Source: Azolla caroliniana
Lineage: Eukaryota > Plantae > Polypodiophyta
Assembly: GCA_043228905.1 (NCBI GenBank)
Contig: JBHGNT010000005.1
Span: 16,120,001-16,184,000 of the forward strand
Length of the DNA stretch: 64,000 bases
Reading direction: 5' to 3'
A program made the translations under genes and the position numbers. Positions 62,201 through 64,000 of the stretch are shown one piece after another (positions within the stretch are counted from its first letter, which is position 1; the number at the start of each line of letters is the position of its first letter). The notes below the pieces were generated by a model. It saw only the letters and a list, made by a program, of their open reading frames with translations. It was not told the origin of the DNA and did no database searches.

Positions 62201-63329
62201 GGTCTCAAGTAGGCACCAAGAGCATGTCATTCGAAGATAACCCAATATCTTCATCAAATCGGCTTCAACATGTCCAAGTCCAACAACTCTCTATTCATCC
62301 GGAGCGACTGTAGAAGACATGTATTTATCATCATTTATGTGGATGACTTGGTCATAGGAGGAGAGCATTTAGTAGATATTGAGCACATCAAGAAGCTCCT
62401 CTCTAGCCGATTCGAAATGAAAGACATTATATCCTCAATCTTCTTTACAAGTTTGGGATGACACAGTGTAAGCCCGTCACTACCCCTCTCGATTGAAATC
62501 TAAAGCTAAATGTCCATTTTGGCACAAGAGAGTGTGAGCCGACGCTCTATCGTCAGCTTGTCAGAAGCCTCATCTACCTCACAACTACCCGACCCGACCT
62601 GAGTTACCCGGTCGGCCTCCTTAGCTAGTTCATGCAAACTCTGCGAGACATCCATCTCGACTGTGCTAAGCGAGTGCTAAGGTATGTGAGTGGAATGATG
62701 GATTTCGGCATCGTCTACAGATCAGATACACTGATTCGACTAAAAGGGTATATTGATGCCGACTGGGCCGGCTACAGAGCCAAACGATGATCGACATTCA
62801 GATTTGTTTTCTCTCTCGGCAACGACGCCATATCGTGGAGTAGTAAGAAACAACCGACAGTCGCATTGTCCAACACCGAAGCCGAATACAAGGGCGTGGC
62901 CATAGCCGCATGTCAAGTTGTTTGGCTCAAGAGAATACTGAAGGACCTGGGCGTTGCCACCAAGGATCCGATTCCCTTGTATTGTGCAACATGAGCAACA
63001 TCCACCTGGACCGAAACCTAGTTTTTCATGCTCGGACCAAGCACATCAAAGTGCATTATCACTTCATTCAAGAACATGTTTTGGCCAGTGATGTCGACTT
63101 ACAACACATCAACACGAACCTGTAGACGATCGACTTCTTCACCAAGGCCCTGGGAGTCGACAAGCTATGAGATTTTACGACGAACCTGGGTCTTTCAATC
63201 ATCGACCAACCGAGCTTGAGGGGGAATAAGGAATCAAAGCAGAAGCTGAACCCAGAGTCAACTCAAAGCCAACCCGAAGACCAGTCTGAACTAACCATCA
63301 GATGACTGGAAGTTGTGTTTGAAGGGGCG

Positions 63330-63618
63330 TGTTGAGAATCAAACTCAACTTCCCGTGTGTGGGAACACACTATAGGATACTCAAGTGTGTGAACAACCCA
63401 CATCCTTGTATAGTAACTAGTGTGTCATAGAAGTTAATGTTCTATGACACATATTCTTTAAGTAGTTAACACATGACCTCTTTCCCAAGAGGCGGTACTA
63501 GTGAGAGAACTAAGAGAGAAGGTGACTACATAAGCACCTTCTCCTTCTCTTTGTTTGTTGTTGCTCATTCTTGTTCTCCTTGTAATACATTTTTTTGTAA
63601 CTCACTCTCTCTCTCTCT

Positions 63619-63662
<44 letters not shown>

Positions 63663-63699
63663 TTCTTCCACTGCACAAAATCACCCTCGGTTCTTTACA
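63330..63699 (+). repeat. 3' LTR of copia F, with a (CT)n(CA)n microsatellite
   Basis: Matches 38055-38449; followed by TSD AGAAC. Confidence 0.93.
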
Positions 63700-64000
63700 A
63701 GAACCCAGGCCCTACACCGACCAACGACCAACGACCGGAGCCGAACAGACAACAACAGACACTCGACAGTCGGCTTGAGCACTAGAAGCTAGGCAGTCAC
63801 AAGTCGAATTGTGACCACCACCTTTGATGAAACAAAAGAGTCAATGGTTGGCACCACAATGAGTTTCCACTGATCAACAACATCAAGAAGAATGACGGCT
63901 GAAGAAAAGAAGCTCAGTCGAACAACAACAACAATAGTCAACCGAGCAACTGATTGGGGAATCAGTCAAACCCGCACAACGAGGAACAATAGAGAAGGGG
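63700..64000 (+). mobile_element. Continuation of the degenerate extra ORF of old gypsy H
   Basis: Resumes after the AGAAC TSD with P/T/Q/E-rich coding-like sequence (EPRPYTDQRPTTGAEQTTT). Confidence 0.7.

Larger units (their letters stand above)
38055..63699 (+). mobile_element. Ty1/copia 'F' (related to B), heavily degenerate; host of nested elements
   Basis: LTRs at 38055-38449 and 63330-63699; TSD AGAAC at 38050-38054 and 63700-63704; degenerate PBS TGGTATCCAAGC at 38450; internal region at 38450-38757 and 59280-63329 with Gag, PR, INT, RT and RH fragments. Confidence 0.93.

Overview
Plant nuclear DNA, inferred to be most likely a fern from the PLS-type PPR remnant, the retroelement styles and the microsatellite-rich genes. 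About 70% of the window is LTR retrotransposon. Left block (1-17.5 kb): a Tnt1-like Ty1/copia element inserted into the 3' LTR of a second, decayed copia; a PPR pseudogene; and a complete 5.6-kb copia (TSD GGAAC) that splits an old Ty3/gypsy gag. Middle gene island (17.5-33 kb): an intronless dirigent-family gene (+) and a three-coding-exon SR45a/Tra2-like RRM gene (-) with an unusual EAR-motif-rich N-terminus. Right block (33-64 kb): a five-level nest, each inserted level resolved by target-site duplications: old gypsy < copia (AGAAC) < copia (CTTTT) < [a very young non-autonomous gag-protease element with a palm-deleted RT remnant (CCTAG), and an 11-kb non-chromoviral gypsy with a ~900-aa extra 3' ORF (AGCTG)] < a solo LTR with two tRNA-like A/B-box units (ACGT). 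The most interesting observations are the conserved extra-ORF gypsy lineage, the young element with an in-frame catalytically dead RT, Pol III-type boxes inside an LTR, a gag-swapped chimeric copia, and strong CCGG enrichment with outer-base decay. All calls were made by eye, without database searches.
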